Source: Actinomycetota bacterium
GTDB taxonomy: Bacteria; Actinomycetota; CADDZG01; JAHWKV01
Length of the DNA: 64,000 nucleotides
NCBI GenBank assembly: GCA_035759705.1
Contig: DASTUJ010000138.1
Coordinates: forward strand, 87-64,086
Direction: 5' to 3'
Below are positions 35,820 to 45,924 of the stretch, one piece after another; position 1 is the stretch's first letter; every line of letters starts with the position of its first letter. The notes under the pieces were generated by a model, which was given only the letters and a program-made list of their open reading frames with translations, searched no databases and was not told the origin of the DNA. The position numbers and the translations under genes are program-made.

Positions 35820-36560
35820 GTGGCTGACGCCTCGGTCGGGCTGCCGATCGCCTTTATCGCCGGGGCCGCTTCCTTCCTCTCTCCCTGCGTACTTCCCCTG
35901 CTGCCCGGCTACCTCTCCTACATGTCAGGGATGTCGCTGGAGATGGTGCGGGAGGGCAACGCGCCGGTCCGCCGGCTGCTCGGGCCGACTCTGTTGTTCG
36001 TTGCCGGCTTTTCGACCATCTTCGTTGCCCTGGGGACCTCGGCCAGCCTGGCCGGCTCGCTTTTGAGGGACCACCAGCTGATCCTGACCCGTATTGCAGG
36101 CGTGCTGGTCATTCTGATGGGGCTGGCTTTCATGGGCCTGCTGCCGCTCCCCTTCCTCTATCGGGAGAAGCGCCTGGACATGAGGCGGGGGCGCACCTAC
36201 ACCGGCAACTACCTGATGGGCCTGAGCTTCGGGCTCGGGTGGACTCCCTGCATCGGCCCGACCCTCGGCGCGACGCTGGTCATCGCCTCCCAGGCGGACC
36301 GGGTGGGGGAGGGGGCGCTCCTGCTGTTCGTGTACTCGCTGGGTCTCGGCATTCCGTTCGTGTTGTCGGCGCTCGGCGTGTCCCGGCTCACCGGGGCCCT
36401 CGCCTTTTTCCGCAGCCACCAACAGGCGATACTGCGGGTAAGCGGAGGGCTGCTGGTGGCGTTCGGGCTGCTCCTGTTCTTCAACCGGGTGTACGTGATC
36501 TCCGCCTGGATCCAGCGGGGGATGGACGCAGCGGGCCTGGAGGAGCTGATAGGCATATGA
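35820..36560 (+). CDS. ccdA: Cytochrome c-type biogenesis protein CcdA (DsbD-like thiol-disulfide transporter)
   Basis: The two conserved Cys are present in SPCVLPLLPGYL and GWTPCIGPTLG. Confidence 0.9.
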   Translation: MADASVGLPIAFIAGAASFLSPCVLPLLPGYLSYMSGMSLEMVREGNAPVRRLLGPTLLFVAGFSTIFVALGTSASLAGSLLRDHQLILTRIAGVLVILMGLAFMGLLPLPFLYREKRLDMRRGRTYTGNYLMGLSFGLGWTPCIGPTLGATLVIASQADRVGEGALLLFVYSLGLGIPFVLSALGVSRLTGALAFFRSHQQAILRVSGGLLVAFGLLLFFNRVYVISAWIQRGMDAAGLEELIGI

Positions 36561-36793
36561 GCGACGTGGTCCTTTACACGAAGCCGGGCTGCTGCCTGTG
36601 CGACGACGCAAAAGCGGCCCTGGAGAGGGCCGGCATCGGGTTCCGGGAGGTGGACATCAATCGGGACCCCGGCTTGTTCGCCGAGTACGGCATCCGCATC
36701 CCCGTGGTGGAGGTCGGCGGTGTGCCTGCATTCGAGGCGGGGATGAACCCGGACGAGATTGCGGAACTGGTGGACGAGGCGCGGGGCCTCTAG
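36557..36793 (+). CDS. Glutaredoxin-like protein (NrdH/GlrX-like), translationally coupled to ccdA
   Basis: An ATGA overlap joins it to ccdA. CCLCDDAK is a CxxC in a thioredoxin-fold context (LYTKPGCCLC...VPVVEV). Confidence 0.8.
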   Translation: MSDVVLYTKPGCCLCDDAKAALERAGIGFREVDINRDPGLFAEYGIRIPVVEVGGVPAFEAGMNPDEIAELVDEARGL

Positions 36794-36802
36794 CTCGGCA
36801 AA

Positions 36803-36836
36803 ACAAAAAGGCCCGGCCGGGTGGCCGGGCCTTTCG
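36803..36836. terminator. Bidirectional hairpin terminator (AAAAAGGCCCGGCC-GGGT-GGCCGGGCCTTT)
   Basis: A 9-11 bp GC stem between two convergent genes, flanked by an A-run and a T-run. Confidence 0.65.
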
Positions 36837-36850
36837 TCGGGGCTTTGTTT

Positions 36851-37894
36851 CTAAGCGATCTGAGGCTGGGTCAGCCGCGCTTCCTTCTCGATCTTCGAAA
36901 CGCCGATCAGGTGGGCGATCATCAGGATCACGCTGATCGCCAGGTAGATGAACGCCGGCACCCGTACCGATCCCCGGACCCGCACTGCTGCGACCAAGGC
37001 ATCGTCCGGAGCGCCCGGCTGTCCGGTCATGTCCAGTGTGGCGAAAGGCACGTTCGGCTTGATGGCGTCGTCCTTGCGGAATCCGTAGTCGATGAGCTTG
37101 CCGGTCTTGTCGGCGTTGAGCGTGATGGTCTGGCCCTCGGCGTCGACCTCGAGAATGGGCATTCCCGGAGTCACATCCGTGCCTTCCTCGACCAGGAACT
37201 CCTTGACGGTGCCCTCGGCTTTGCCGCCCAGGTCGCCGGACATCATCTGCTCGATTGCGACCGCCCGGCCGACTGCGAGGACGGAGTCCTTCCCGGCCAC
37301 GTCGACTTCCTTCATCCTGACGTCGGTGGTTGAGAACTTCTCAGGGTCGAGTGCGATGTCGCCCTTGGTCATGTCCTCGACCGACTCGACGACACCGGGG
37401 ATGGGGCTCGTGGCCTCCATCACCAGCGCCTCCATTACCGGGTCGGCGTTCTCCAGCTCGGAGGCCAGGTCGTCGCCCCCTTCGAGGTCGGCCAGGTGGA
37501 CGTCCTCCTCGGGCTCCTCCCAGCCTTCGCCGTCGGGGTAGTCCGCGGTGTCCCAGGTTCCCCACCGGGTGTCGACCTCGTCCAGCTCAGGACCGACCGC
37601 CGCCGGATGCCATGCGGTGTCCGTTCCCAGATCACCCCAGAAACCAGCTTCACCCTTCGGGCCAAGGCCCGTGGCGAACCAGATGGCCGAAAGAAGCGTC
37701 ATCACCGCAAACAGGCAGGCGCCGGTTACGAAGTAGCCGAGCTTGGCACCCAGGATCATCGACGTAAGCAGCCAGACGCTGCCCACGAAGACGACGATGA
37801 ACGCGATGGTGATTGCAATCCCCTTGATGAAGGTACCGCTGCCTCCGGAGGTCGCGGCCTCGGTAGCGAGTAGTGCGATGTCGGAGGTATTCAA
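36851..37894 (-). CDS. Hypothetical membrane protein at the end of the cytochrome b6c operon
   Basis: Three N-terminal TM helices, an acidic Glu/Asp-rich periplasmic region, then a lipoyl/hybrid-motif-like beta segment and a C-terminal TM helix. Confidence 0.55.
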   Translation of the reverse strand: MNTSDIALLATEAATSGGSGTFIKGIAITIAFIVVFVGSVWLLTSMILGAKLGYFVTGACLFAVMTLLSAIWFATGLGPKGEAGFWGDLGTDTAWHPAAVGPELDEVDTRWGTWDTADYPDGEGWEEPEEDVHLADLEGGDDLASELENADPVMEALVMEATSPIPGVVESVEDMTKGDIALDPEKFSTTDVRMKEVDVAGKDSVLAVGRAVAIEQMMSGDLGGKAEGTVKEFLVEEGTDVTPGMPILEVDAEGQTITLNADKTGKLIDYGFRKDDAIKPNVPFATLDMTGQPGAPDDALVAAVRVRGSVRVPAFIYLAISVILMIAHLIGVSKIEKEARLTQPQIA

Positions 37895-37920
37895 CGGCTT
37901 GCTCCCAATCCGAGAAGCAT

Positions 37921-38841
37921 CTACAGGCTCCTCTCGTAATCCACAACCAATTGGATCTGCTCATCGGTGAGGGTTCCGCCCCAGGCGGGCATCGCTCCGG
38001 TGCCCTGGCCGGACGTGCCGTAGGGCTGTCCGGGCTTGGAGCCTTCCTTCACGAAGGTCTTGTGATCTTCGATGTTCGGGAACATCGCCGACTCGGACCC
38101 ACCCTTCATCGCAGGACCGGATCCTCCGGCGCCGCCGATACCGTGGCAGGTGGAACAGAACTGGGTGAAGATCTGGTCGCCGGTGGCGCCCTCCTCCACC
38201 TCCGCCTCCTGCTGGATGCTCTCGAGCCAGTTGACGATGTCGTCAAGCTCCTGCTCGGTCAGAGGGCCGCCGTACTCGCCGCCCCATGTGGGCATGTCGG
38301 TTCCCGGGCGTCCACGTTCGATGGTCTCGCGGATGTAGGCGCGGGCATCCTCGAAGCCGGGAGGCGGCTCCTCGTAGCGGGCGAACACGGTCTTGAGCTC
38401 GGGCACCTGCACGATGGATCGGGTCCCGGTGTCCGGGTTGAGGAACTCGTTGGTTCCGCCCTCGGCACCCTCGCCGTGGCAGCGGGCGCACTCCTTGCCC
38501 TTCGAGTTGGTGGCTCCGGTCTGCTGGTTGGTGGTCAGGGCGTAGTACTCCTCGCCCCGCTCGAGCGACTCCTCGGCAAACTCCTTTTCGTTGTCCAGGC
38601 GGTTCTGGGGCTCCTGCACCCAGTAGGCCGGCATGAAGAAGGCAAAGAACAGCGTGAGGGCCAGGCCCCAGCCGTGGATCTTGGTTAGGCGTGACGACTC
38701 CAGCACTGCGTCGATGTCTGCCGGCCTGAGGGCCGGGGGCACCTTCGACTTGTTGCCGGATCCCGAGCGCGTCCTGAGCACAACCAGGGCGGCGCCGGCG
38801 GCAATGCCTCCAACTAGAACTGCGATAAGTAGCTGACCCAT
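37921..38841 (-). CDS. qcrC: Di-haem cytochrome c (QcrC-like)
   Basis: An N-terminal TM anchor and two CxxCH motifs (CARCHG, CSTCHG). Confidence 0.9.
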   Translation of the reverse strand: MGQLLIAVLVGGIAAGAALVVLRTRSGSGNKSKVPPALRPADIDAVLESSRLTKIHGWGLALTLFFAFFMPAYWVQEPQNRLDNEKEFAEESLERGEEYYALTTNQQTGATNSKGKECARCHGEGAEGGTNEFLNPDTGTRSIVQVPELKTVFARYEEPPPGFEDARAYIRETIERGRPGTDMPTWGGEYGGPLTEQELDDIVNWLESIQQEAEVEEGATGDQIFTQFCSTCHGIGGAGGSGPAMKGGSESAMFPNIEDHKTFVKEGSKPGQPYGTSGQGTGAMPAWGGTLTDEQIQLVVDYERSL

Positions 38842-38878
38842 GATCTCCTGCTAACTTGCTGTTCGAACGGTCAAAGTT

Positions 38879-39580
38879 TTAGGCGGTAACGCAGTGAGCC
38901 CCTTCAGGCTGCGGCTGCGTGGTGATGGTTCCCCGGGGGGCTCCGGCGATGATGGTGGCGGTGTCGACGATGATCTCGCCGTCCACCACCTCGACCCTGA
39001 ACTGGTCGAGGCTGCGAGGCGCCGGGCCATCCCGGTACTCGCCGTTCACGGAGTACTTCGAGCCGTGGCACGGGCACTCGAACCACTTTGCGGGCGGGCA
39101 CCACGGAACGCTGCAGCCCAGGTGAACGCACTTGCGGTAGAGGGCCATGAAGCCGGAGACATCGACGTTGGCTGCCTTGTAGGCGGGAACGTCGGCCGCG
39201 TCGGCCGGGTCGCCTTCGTACAGGGTCAGGTAGAAACGGCCGTCCGGGATGAACTTGGGCTCCCGGCTTGCGAGCTCGGCGCGAAGGTCGTCCTCGTTGC
39301 CGACGGTGATCTTCGAGCCGAATCCGCCCCGCAGGCGGGGGTACAAAAAGTCGATGGAGGCCAGGGCGAACTGCCCCAGGAAGGCGAGGGAGGCAAACCC
39401 TACGCCCCGCAGGAGGAACTTGCGGCGGCCGACGTCGGTGACGTCGGAAACCGGCTGTACCTCGAGCTGGCCTTCGGTGACCGCGCCGGCTTTGCGGCTG
39501 CGGGCGCCGATGAGAGCAAAAGGAATCCAGGCCAGAAGAGAGGCCAGGGCAATGATGAGGGCGAACTGAATAGGTGTCAT
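38879..39580 (-). CDS. qcrA: Rieske [2Fe-2S] subunit
   Basis: CVHLGC and CPCHGS Rieske boxes. The start ATG at 39580 overlaps the upstream gene by 4 nt. Confidence 0.9.
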   Translation of the reverse strand: MTPIQFALIIALASLLAWIPFALIGARSRKAGAVTEGQLEVQPVSDVTDVGRRKFLLRGVGFASLAFLGQFALASIDFLYPRLRGGFGSKITVGNEDDLRAELASREPKFIPDGRFYLTLYEGDPADAADVPAYKAANVDVSGFMALYRKCVHLGCSVPWCPPAKWFECPCHGSKYSVNGEYRDGPAPRSLDQFRVEVVDGEIIVDTATIIAGAPRGTITTQPQPEGAHCVTA

Positions 39581-40425
39581 AGCTCGAAAAATATCCCCGC
39601 GTCCCATGGGTAGACAAAGTTGAATCCAGGGCCTCTCATGATCGACCCTAGCATGCCGAGAATTGCGAACATGAGCATGAAGATGGTCCACATCGAGATG
39701 GCCAGCTTCCGGTCACCGGGCTTGTTGGACGGGTTCCGGTCGATGTACGGCGTTGCCATCAGGCCCAGGATGAGCCACTGCGGAATCGAAACGCCCGCCA
39801 CCTGCGGGTGGAAGTAACGAAGCAGCTCCTGCAGTCCGAGGAAGTACCACGGCGCCTTGGAGGGGTTCGGTGTGACGTTGATGTTGGCAAGCTCACGAAG
39901 CTCGGCGTTCACAAAAACGGAGACGATGGTCAGAAGCGCAGTTACCGCCAGAACGGCGAGGAACTCGCCCGCCATCAGGTGCGGCCAGGTGTTGACCCGG
40001 TCGATGGGCTCCTTCTCGACTCTCTGGATAGATTCCGGCTTGACGACCGCCAGCAGACGCTGCAGACGCTCGGGAGCGGCGTCGCCGGCCCCTACGCCTG
40101 CCCTTGCCGCCGCCCTGCGTCCACCGGCGGCCGGAGCCGCAGCAGGAGGGGCGGCTGCCGGAGCAGAGGCGGCGGCAGCAGCCGGAGCAGCAGCTACGGC
40201 TGCGGGCTCGGGTGCCGAAGCAGCAGCAGCCGCGGGTTTCTCGGCAGACTCATCAGCGGCAGCGGGCTTGTCAGCAGCAGGAGTCTTGGGAGCTCCCCCG
40301 CCTGCAGCAGCCTTCTTGGCGCGGTGCCGTGCAGCCTTGGCTCGAGCCTCGGCAACCGCCGGGGATGAGCCCTTGGCATTTTCTTCGGCCAGCGTCTGGT
40401 CGAATATTTCGTCAGGAGTGGGCAT
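39577..40425 (-). CDS. Cytochrome b6f subunit-IV-like (cytochrome b C-terminal half) with long Ala/Pro-rich N-terminal extension
   Basis: The C-terminal ~150 aa correspond to the PetD/cytochrome-b C-terminal helices (PWYFLGLQELLRYF, ISMWTIFMLMFAILG). It is preceded by a ~120-aa low-complexity Ala/Pro/Lys region. Confidence 0.8.
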   Translation of the reverse strand: MPTPDEIFDQTLAEENAKGSSPAVAEARAKAARHRAKKAAAGGGAPKTPAADKPAAADESAEKPAAAAASAPEPAAVAAAPAAAAASAPAAAPPAAAPAAGGRRAAARAGVGAGDAAPERLQRLLAVVKPESIQRVEKEPIDRVNTWPHLMAGEFLAVLAVTALLTIVSVFVNAELRELANINVTPNPSKAPWYFLGLQELLRYFHPQVAGVSIPQWLILGLMATPYIDRNPSNKPGDRKLAISMWTIFMLMFAILGMLGSIMRGPGFNFVYPWDAGIFFEL

Positions 40426-40459
40426 CAGTTCGTCCTAGTCCGTCGTGGAGTGGTGCAGA

Positions 40460-41251
40460 TCATAGTGGTCCCGAAATTCCGCCGTCCTTGCGGACTCGCC
40501 AGAAGTGCACGGCCATCAGCAGCGTGATGACAAACGGCAGTGCAAGCACGTGCAGCGTGTACCAGCGGATCAGAGTCCCGGCACCGATCTGAACGCCTCC
40601 GAGAAGGATGAACGAGACCTCTTTACCAACCAGCGGCGACTCGTAACCCATCTGTGTGCCGACGGTGACCGCCCAGATCGCCAGCTGGTCCCAGGGCAGC
40701 AGGTAGCCGGTAAAGGCCAGGAGCAGTGTGAGGAGCAGCAGAACGACTCCGATGACCCAGTTGAACTCCCGCGGCGGCTTGTAGGAGCCGGTGTAGAAGA
40801 CCCGGGACATGTGCAGGAAGACGGTGACGACCATCAGGTGGGCGCTCCAGCGGTGCATGTTTCTCACCAGCTGGCCGAACGCCACCGAGGTTGCCAGCCC
40901 GACCATGTCGGTGTAGACGACCTCGGTCGAGGGCCGGTAGAAGAACATCAGGAAGATTCCGGTGATCGTCAGGAAGATGAACAGGAAGAAGGAAAGGCCG
41001 CCCAGACACAAGGTGTACGAGAGCTTGATTCCGTGCCGCTTCACCTTCACCGGGTGGAGGTGGTACAGGACGGAGTTCATGATCACGTAAGCGCGGTTAC
41101 GTGGGGAGTCCTGGTATCCCTTCGTCAGGACCGATCCGGGCCTGAAGATGGAACGCCAAACCTGGCCGCCTCTCAGGCCGTCCCAAGCACCCTTTGCCAG
41201 AGCGCCCGGGTGGCGCAGGCCACCAAGCTTTTCTTTCAGATTTGCCGCCAA
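40460..41251 (-). CDS. qcrB: Cytochrome b6-like (split cytochrome b N-terminal half)
   Basis: Four-helix haem-binding core with conserved His pairs ([33 protein letters not shown]). At 263 aa it has b6 length rather than that of a fused cytochrome b. Confidence 0.9.
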   Translation of the reverse strand: MAANLKEKLGGLRHPGALAKGAWDGLRGGQVWRSIFRPGSVLTKGYQDSPRNRAYVIMNSVLYHLHPVKVKRHGIKLSYTLCLGGLSFFLFIFLTITGIFLMFFYRPSTEVVYTDMVGLATSVAFGQLVRNMHRWSAHLMVVTVFLHMSRVFYTGSYKPPREFNWVIGVVLLLLTLLLAFTGYLLPWDQLAIWAVTVGTQMGYESPLVGKEVSFILLGGVQIGAGTLIRWYTLHVLALPFVITLLMAVHFWRVRKDGGISGPL

Positions 41252-41276
41252 CCCGTTCTCCTTGTGTCTTAGGTTG

Positions 41277-41690
41277 CTACGAAGTTGCGCCGGAAACCTT
41301 GCCCATCGCCCTCGCCGGAGCCTTCTGGGCCTCCAGCCTGCCGATGGTCAGCGCCCCCGTGGGACACCTTTCAACGCACAGCAGGCACCGGGTGCACGCA
41401 TCGTCGTCAATCACGAACAAAATGTCATTGGCTTTCATGTCCCGGGCTATCTCTTCCGAGCCGGCCTCCGCAACGATGTTGGGAGTGAGCATGAAGATGC
41501 AGTACCAGGGGCAGATGTCGACGCAGCCCTCGCAGAGAATACACAGTTCGGGAATGAGCCCGATGTACCGGGGCGGCTTGCGTACGGACTTGACCCAGGA
41601 AGCTTCGACGTCCTGCATGACGTAGTCGGTGCGCAGGCGCGGCTTCTCAATGTCGTTCTTCTCGCTAAACGGATCCTGCGGGTATGTCAT
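41277..41690 (-). CDS. 2x[4Fe-4S] ferredoxin-domain protein
   Basis: [12 protein letters not shown] and [12 protein letters not shown] cluster motifs. Confidence 0.8.
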   Translation of the reverse strand: MTYPQDPFSEKNDIEKPRLRTDYVMQDVEASWVKSVRKPPRYIGLIPELCILCEGCVDICPWYCIFMLTPNIVAEAGSEEIARDMKANDILFVIDDDACTRCLLCVERCPTGALTIGRLEAQKAPARAMGKVSGATS

Positions 41691-42031
41691 TTCCCGGGGA
41701 GGTATCCCTTAACGCCCTCGCTGCCCCTGAGGCCGAGGCGCCGGCGGCGCTTCTCACCCAGGATGTAGGTCGCAGCTACGGGAATTGCAAAAATGAAGGT
41801 CTGGACGCCCATGGTGATCGCATCGTGGATGCGAACCAGGGTGTAGGGGTCCTTGAACTCGATGCCCGAGACACTCTTGATGAACGCCGCGATGGACTCG
41901 GAGTTTCCGTCCCAGGCGTAGCGGAACATCGACGGCAGAAAACCCAGGGTCACGATCAAAATTCCCGTGATGATCGTGGACAGGATGATCGCCCGGACCC
42001 AGGTCATCGGCTTGTCAGTTTGTTTGCTCAA
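41687..42031 (-). CDS. Small hypothetical membrane protein (possible accessory subunit)
   Basis: 114 aa with two TM helices. It is translationally coupled (4-nt overlap) to the ferredoxin gene. Confidence 0.5.
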   Translation of the reverse strand: MSKQTDKPMTWVRAIILSTIITGILIVTLGFLPSMFRYAWDGNSESIAAFIKSVSGIEFKDPYTLVRIHDAITMGVQTFIFAIPVAATYILGEKRRRRLGLRGSEGVKGYLPGK

Positions 42032-42145
42032 AGTAAGTGGTTCCCTCTTTGGTCTGTTCCGCCGTTCGGTTCGTGTGTCGGCGTCGGGCGCATTATAGCC
42101 GACGGTCCTGGCGACACTTCGGCCACTAACTGCACAGCCGACACT

Positions 42146-42295
42146 CTACTTTGCCGCGCCCTTTTTTTCAGAAGCCCGCAACTCGTCGATGCGCTTTTCG
42201 AGCGCCCGCTGACGCCTGGAAACCGAAAAAAGAAACATAACAATCGCCGCAAAAACCAGCAGATAGGCGAGTCCCAGAAAGCCGAGGCCGTCCAT
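42146..42295 (-). CDS. ccmD: Haem exporter protein CcmD-like (49 aa)
   Basis: MDGLGFLGLAYLLVFAAIVMFLFSVSRRQRALEKRIDELRAS... is a single TM helix plus a basic/coiled tail, immediately downstream of ccmC. It is missed by the ORF track (below 60 aa). Confidence 0.55.
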   Translation of the reverse strand: MDGLGFLGLAYLLVFAAIVMFLFSVSRRQRALEKRIDELRASEKKGAAK

Positions 42296-42332
42296 GTCAG
42301 GCCCGGGGGGTGCGGCGGCAGATGTTCACGGG

Positions 42333-43052
42333 CTAAAGACTACCCGCAGCGCGGTGGGTTATGACCGCGTTCTCCAAAGAGTCGCTCTCGAGCTCCATGA
42401 CCTCGTCCTCCAGCTTGATCACCCTGACCCCCAATGCAAGCAGGACCAGGTACAAAAGCGTGAAGACCGCGAACATCAGGACCAGCACGATCTGCATCTC
42501 CGGCGGCAGGGCGGCCGAGGCTTCGGGGCGGATCACGGTGCGGGACGGGTGCTGGCCCCGCCACCAGTCGACCGAGAAGTGCACGAGCGGCACCACCATG
42601 AACCCTGCGATGCCGATGACCGCGCCGATGCGGGCGCCCCGGGTCTCGTCGCTGGCGTTCGCCCGGAAGGTCAGGTACCCGAGGTAGATGAGAAACAGGA
42701 CGAGGGTCAAGGTGAGCCGGGGGTCCCACGCCCAGAACGCCCCCCAGATGGGCTTCCCCCACATGGCGCCGGTGATCAGCGTGATGCCGGTGAAGAGAAC
42801 CCCGACCCTGGCACTGCCCTGGGCGACCCAGTCCCAGCGGGACTCGGAGGTCTTGAGGTAGGCGACCGAGCAGGCCAGAACCACCCCGAACGCCAGGTAG
42901 GCGACCCATGCGGACGGCGCATGGACGTAGAGGATCCGCTGCGACACGCCCTGGAAGGCCTCGGTGGGAACCCAGAAGAAAATTAGGGCCAGGCCCGTCA
43001 GGAACGCGGCGGCCAGAATCGTTTGCGTGAGCTGGAGTGGGTCTTTTTTCAT
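42333..43052 (-). CDS. ccmC: Haem exporter protein CcmC
   Basis: Has the WWD domain WAWDPRLT and conserved His residues. Confidence 0.9.
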   Translation of the reverse strand: MKKDPLQLTQTILAAAFLTGLALIFFWVPTEAFQGVSQRILYVHAPSAWVAYLAFGVVLACSVAYLKTSESRWDWVAQGSARVGVLFTGITLITGAMWGKPIWGAFWAWDPRLTLTLVLFLIYLGYLTFRANASDETRGARIGAVIGIAGFMVVPLVHFSVDWWRGQHPSRTVIRPEASAALPPEMQIVLVLMFAVFTLLYLVLLALGVRVIKLEDEVMELESDSLENAVITHRAAGSL

Positions 43053-43753
43053 TCCTCGATCACAAATTCGAAGGTCACGGCTCCGAGAGTCAGGAAGATC
43101 ACGTCGAAGACTGCCAGAAGGATAAACCAGCGCAGTTCGTTACCGAACCCGTTCTCGATCAGAAGCGTGGAGGTGAGCTTGGAGGCTCCCAGGATCACCG
43201 GCAGGGTCAACGGGAACGTGAGCAGCGGCAGCATGAGCGACCGGGCCTCCGCATGCTGGGTGGCTGCGCCGAACAGGGTGCCCACCGCGGCCATTCCCAG
43301 GCTGGCCACAAGCATCACCGGAAGGATCTGCGGGAACAGCGACCCCGGCGCGATGTTGGCGAAAAGCATAAAAAGCGGGATTGCAACCATCTCGGTTGCC
43401 AGCAGAAAGGCCACGTTGGCAATCAGCTTGCCGGTGTAGAGGGCGGCGGGGTCCACGGGGGCGAGGAGCAGACCGTCGGCGGCCGAGGTCTCGCGGTCCG
43501 CCGCAGCGCTCCTTCCAAACCCGATGACCGCAGCGAAAAAGATGCTGGTCCACAGCAGCAGCCCCGTTATGTCCCGGGCCGACAGGGCGCCGGCGACCGG
43601 CACCGGCACCGGGGCCCTGAGGGCGCCCGGCGGCAGGGCGAAGGTCAGCAGGAAAACCAGGCAGAGGGCGAATACCAGCATCACCGGGGCGATCTGCCTG
43701 GCCCGCGACTCACCCCTCAGGTCCTTCGCGGCCAGCGCCAGCACAGTCCTCAA
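43049..43753 (-). CDS. ccmB: Haem exporter permease CcmB
   Basis: A 234-aa 6-TM ABC-2-like permease, overlapping ccmA and ccmC by 4 nt each. Confidence 0.85.
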   Translation of the reverse strand: MRTVLALAAKDLRGESRARQIAPVMLVFALCLVFLLTFALPPGALRAPVPVPVAGALSARDITGLLLWTSIFFAAVIGFGRSAAADRETSAADGLLLAPVDPAALYTGKLIANVAFLLATEMVAIPLFMLFANIAPGSLFPQILPVMLVASLGMAAVGTLFGAATQHAEARSLMLPLLTFPLTLPVILGASKLTSTLLIENGFGNELRWFILLAVFDVIFLTLGAVTFEFVIEE

Positions 43754-44352
43754 ACGAGCCGCCCTCCGTCCAGGTCCACGAGCCGTCCGGCGATCTGCAT
43801 CGCCTTCGCCCGGTCGTGCGTGGTGAGCAGCGTGGTCCTCCCGGGCCGGGAGATCAGCGCGGGGAGCCCGCCGGCGCTCGCCTCGTCCAGCCCGGAGAAG
43901 GGCTCGTCGAGCAGGAGGATGTCAGGGTCGTGCAGCAGGGCCCGGGCCAGGCCCAGCCTCTGTGACTCCCCGCGGGAGAACGTGCGGACCAGCGCGCTGC
44001 CCTTGTGCTCGAGGCCCACCTGCTCCAGCAGGCCCGGCACCTTCGCCCGGTCGACCCTGTACAGGTCGGCGTAGAACTGCAGGTTCTCCGGTGCCGACAG
44101 GTACCGGTAGAGGAAAGGCTCGTGCCCGAGGTACCCGATCTGCGCTTTGGCGTTCCGGGGTGCCCTGCCGGCGAGGGTTACGGTTCCCGAGGTCGGCTTC
44201 AACAGCCCGGCGGCGATCTTGAGTAGGGTCGACTTACCGGAGCCGTTGGCGCCGAGCAGGGCGACGGTCGCCCCCTCTTCGATCTCGAGTGTGAGGTTGC
44301 TCAACGCCCGGACCCGGCCGAACTTCTTGCTGACGCCGTCGAGGACTATCAC
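43750..44352 (-). CDS. ccmA: Haem exporter ATPase CcmA
   Basis: Walker A GANGSGKST, signature FSRGESQRLGLA, and Walker B LLLDEPFSGLD. Confidence 0.9.
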   Translation of the reverse strand: MIVLDGVSKKFGRVRALSNLTLEIEEGATVALLGANGSGKSTLLKIAAGLLKPTSGTVTLAGRAPRNAKAQIGYLGHEPFLYRYLSAPENLQFYADLYRVDRAKVPGLLEQVGLEHKGSALVRTFSRGESQRLGLARALLHDPDILLLDEPFSGLDEASAGGLPALISRPGRTTLLTTHDRAKAMQIAGRLVDLDGGRLV

Positions 44353-44362
44353 CGGTGGGGGG

Positions 44363-45583
44363 TCAGCTGTCCGCCGGAGCGCTCAGCCGGGCGAGAAGAG
44401 CCGCACGCTGGGATTCGTAGTCGTCCTTCTCGATCGCCCCCGACTCGAATAGCTCGTCCAGCTCGGCGATCTGTTCGATCAGGACCTCGCGGGTGGGCCG
44501 GTTCGGCTGAGGTGCGGGGGCAGCCGGCTTTCCGGCCGCCGCTTTGGCCGCCCTTCTGCGGCGCATCCGGACCGTAGCCAGGCCGAGCAGAAGCGCCAGC
44601 ACCGCGACCCCGGCGGCGAAACCGATCCACACCCCGTCGGTGCCCTCATCGGGGAAGCCGATGTCGGCCTCGATCACCGAGCCGGGGTTCAGCTCTCCGC
44701 TGCGGTAGCGGTTGTACGACTCGCCGCCGAGCGTTTTGGACTCCTCGAACTCGAACCCGGGCGCAGCGGTCAGCACCAGCCGTTTGCCGATGAGCAGGTC
44801 GGCGTGCTCGGTCGGGTGGTAGACCTCGCGCCGCAGCTGCCAGCCGGTTCGGGGGACCTTGACCTTGAACAGGTAGGCGACCGAGGCCTCGCCGGGCGGG
44901 AAAGCCGAGGTGGTGACCAGACGGCCCTCCCCGGACGTGGCCAGCCCGGCGCCGTTGGCGGCGTCGGCCGGCGCCAGGTCGTAGGCCGACTCGGGGACCG
45001 GGAGCTTCAGAACCTGCCTCTGCTGAGGAGCCGGCGACCCGGCTGGGCTCGGTTCCGGCTCCGCCTGGTCCGACTCGGAGCCGATGAAGGCGCGGTCGGA
45101 GTCGTTTTGGTACCTGAGCAGCTGGAGCACCTCCAGGACGTTGCCCTGGCCCTCCTCGGTGTTCTGGAGGACGGTCATGGAGTCCGAGGTGATCTTCACC
45201 ACTGACACATCGTCGGTGGTCTCGTAGATCTTCAGCTCGACCGGGTCGGTCCGGCCGGCCTCGACCACCTGGCTGTAGGCGACCCCTCCGTAGAACAGGC
45301 CGACCAGGTGGCTCTTTGCCGGGTCGGCCTCGAAGGTGAACGAGCCGTCGGCGGCGACCGGTGCAAAAACCGGCTGCCCCTGAGGAACGCCTTCGTCGTC
45401 GTTCTGCAGAACCGTGATCCGAAGGTCTCCGGGGAGTGCGGCCCCGGCGGTCCCCATAACCACCCGGCCGGGTGTCGCCGCCAGGGCAACTCGCGGCAGG
45501 GCGAGGACGGCGAACGCCAGCAGGGCTACCGCTGCGGCCCGCCGGTTGATCGAACGACTGGATGGTTCGGCCGGAAGGATCAC
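44363..45583 (-). CDS. Hypothetical exported, C-terminally membrane-anchored protein within the ccm operon
   Basis: A signal peptide, an about 300-aa beta-rich ectodomain, a TM helix (VWIGFAAGVAVLALLLGLATV), then a charged tail (EKDDYESQRAALLARL). Confidence 0.6.
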   Translation of the reverse strand: MILPAEPSSRSINRRAAAVALLAFAVLALPRVALAATPGRVVMGTAGAALPGDLRITVLQNDDEGVPQGQPVFAPVAADGSFTFEADPAKSHLVGLFYGGVAYSQVVEAGRTDPVELKIYETTDDVSVVKITSDSMTVLQNTEEGQGNVLEVLQLLRYQNDSDRAFIGSESDQAEPEPSPAGSPAPQQRQVLKLPVPESAYDLAPADAANGAGLATSGEGRLVTTSAFPPGEASVAYLFKVKVPRTGWQLRREVYHPTEHADLLIGKRLVLTAAPGFEFEESKTLGGESYNRYRSGELNPGSVIEADIGFPDEGTDGVWIGFAAGVAVLALLLGLATVRMRRRRAAKAAAGKPAAPAPQPNRPTREVLIEQIAELDELFESGAIEKDDYESQRAALLARLSAPADS

Positions 45584-45924
45584 TTCTTGCGCAGGCGGGC
45601 CCGTGCGGCCTGGATCTCCGCCTCGAGGGTCGCCTGCTCGCTTTCCGCCTCGGCCTCGCCCTCGAGCTCCCGGATGATTCCCAGGGCCTCGGCCTTGCTC
45701 TGCCGACGGAGCTGGACGTAGTCCTCGTCGTCCATCTTCCCCATCTCGTGGTCGAGCTCCAGGTCCAGGATCGACCGGTAGACGCTGGACTTCTCCTCCA
45801 GAAGGTCGGCCGTGCGTCGATCTTCGGCCGGCCCCCGAAGGGCCCGGCGGCGCCCCAGGAGCGGCCTCACGATCCAGGCGACGGCAGCGGCCACGACCAG
45901 CCCCACCACTACCTGCTCGATCAT
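45580..45924 (-). CDS. Small TM plus coiled-coil protein in the ccm operon (hypothetical)
   Basis: MIEQVVVGLVVAAAVAWIVRPLL is followed by a Glu/Asp-rich helical tail. An ATGA overlap couples it to the upstream gene. Confidence 0.5.
   Translation of the reverse strand: MIEQVVVGLVVAAAVAWIVRPLLGRRRALRGPAEDRRTADLLEEKSSVYRSILDLELDHEMGKMDDEDYVQLRRQSKAEALGIIRELEGEAEAESEQATLEAEIQAARARLRKK

Noticed and set aside
42028-42252. 74-aa minus ORF MRRLLCFFFRF…
   Set aside because: It is in the wrong frame. The CcmD-like 49-aa ORF (42146-42295) in another frame fits the operon context and has a TM helix.
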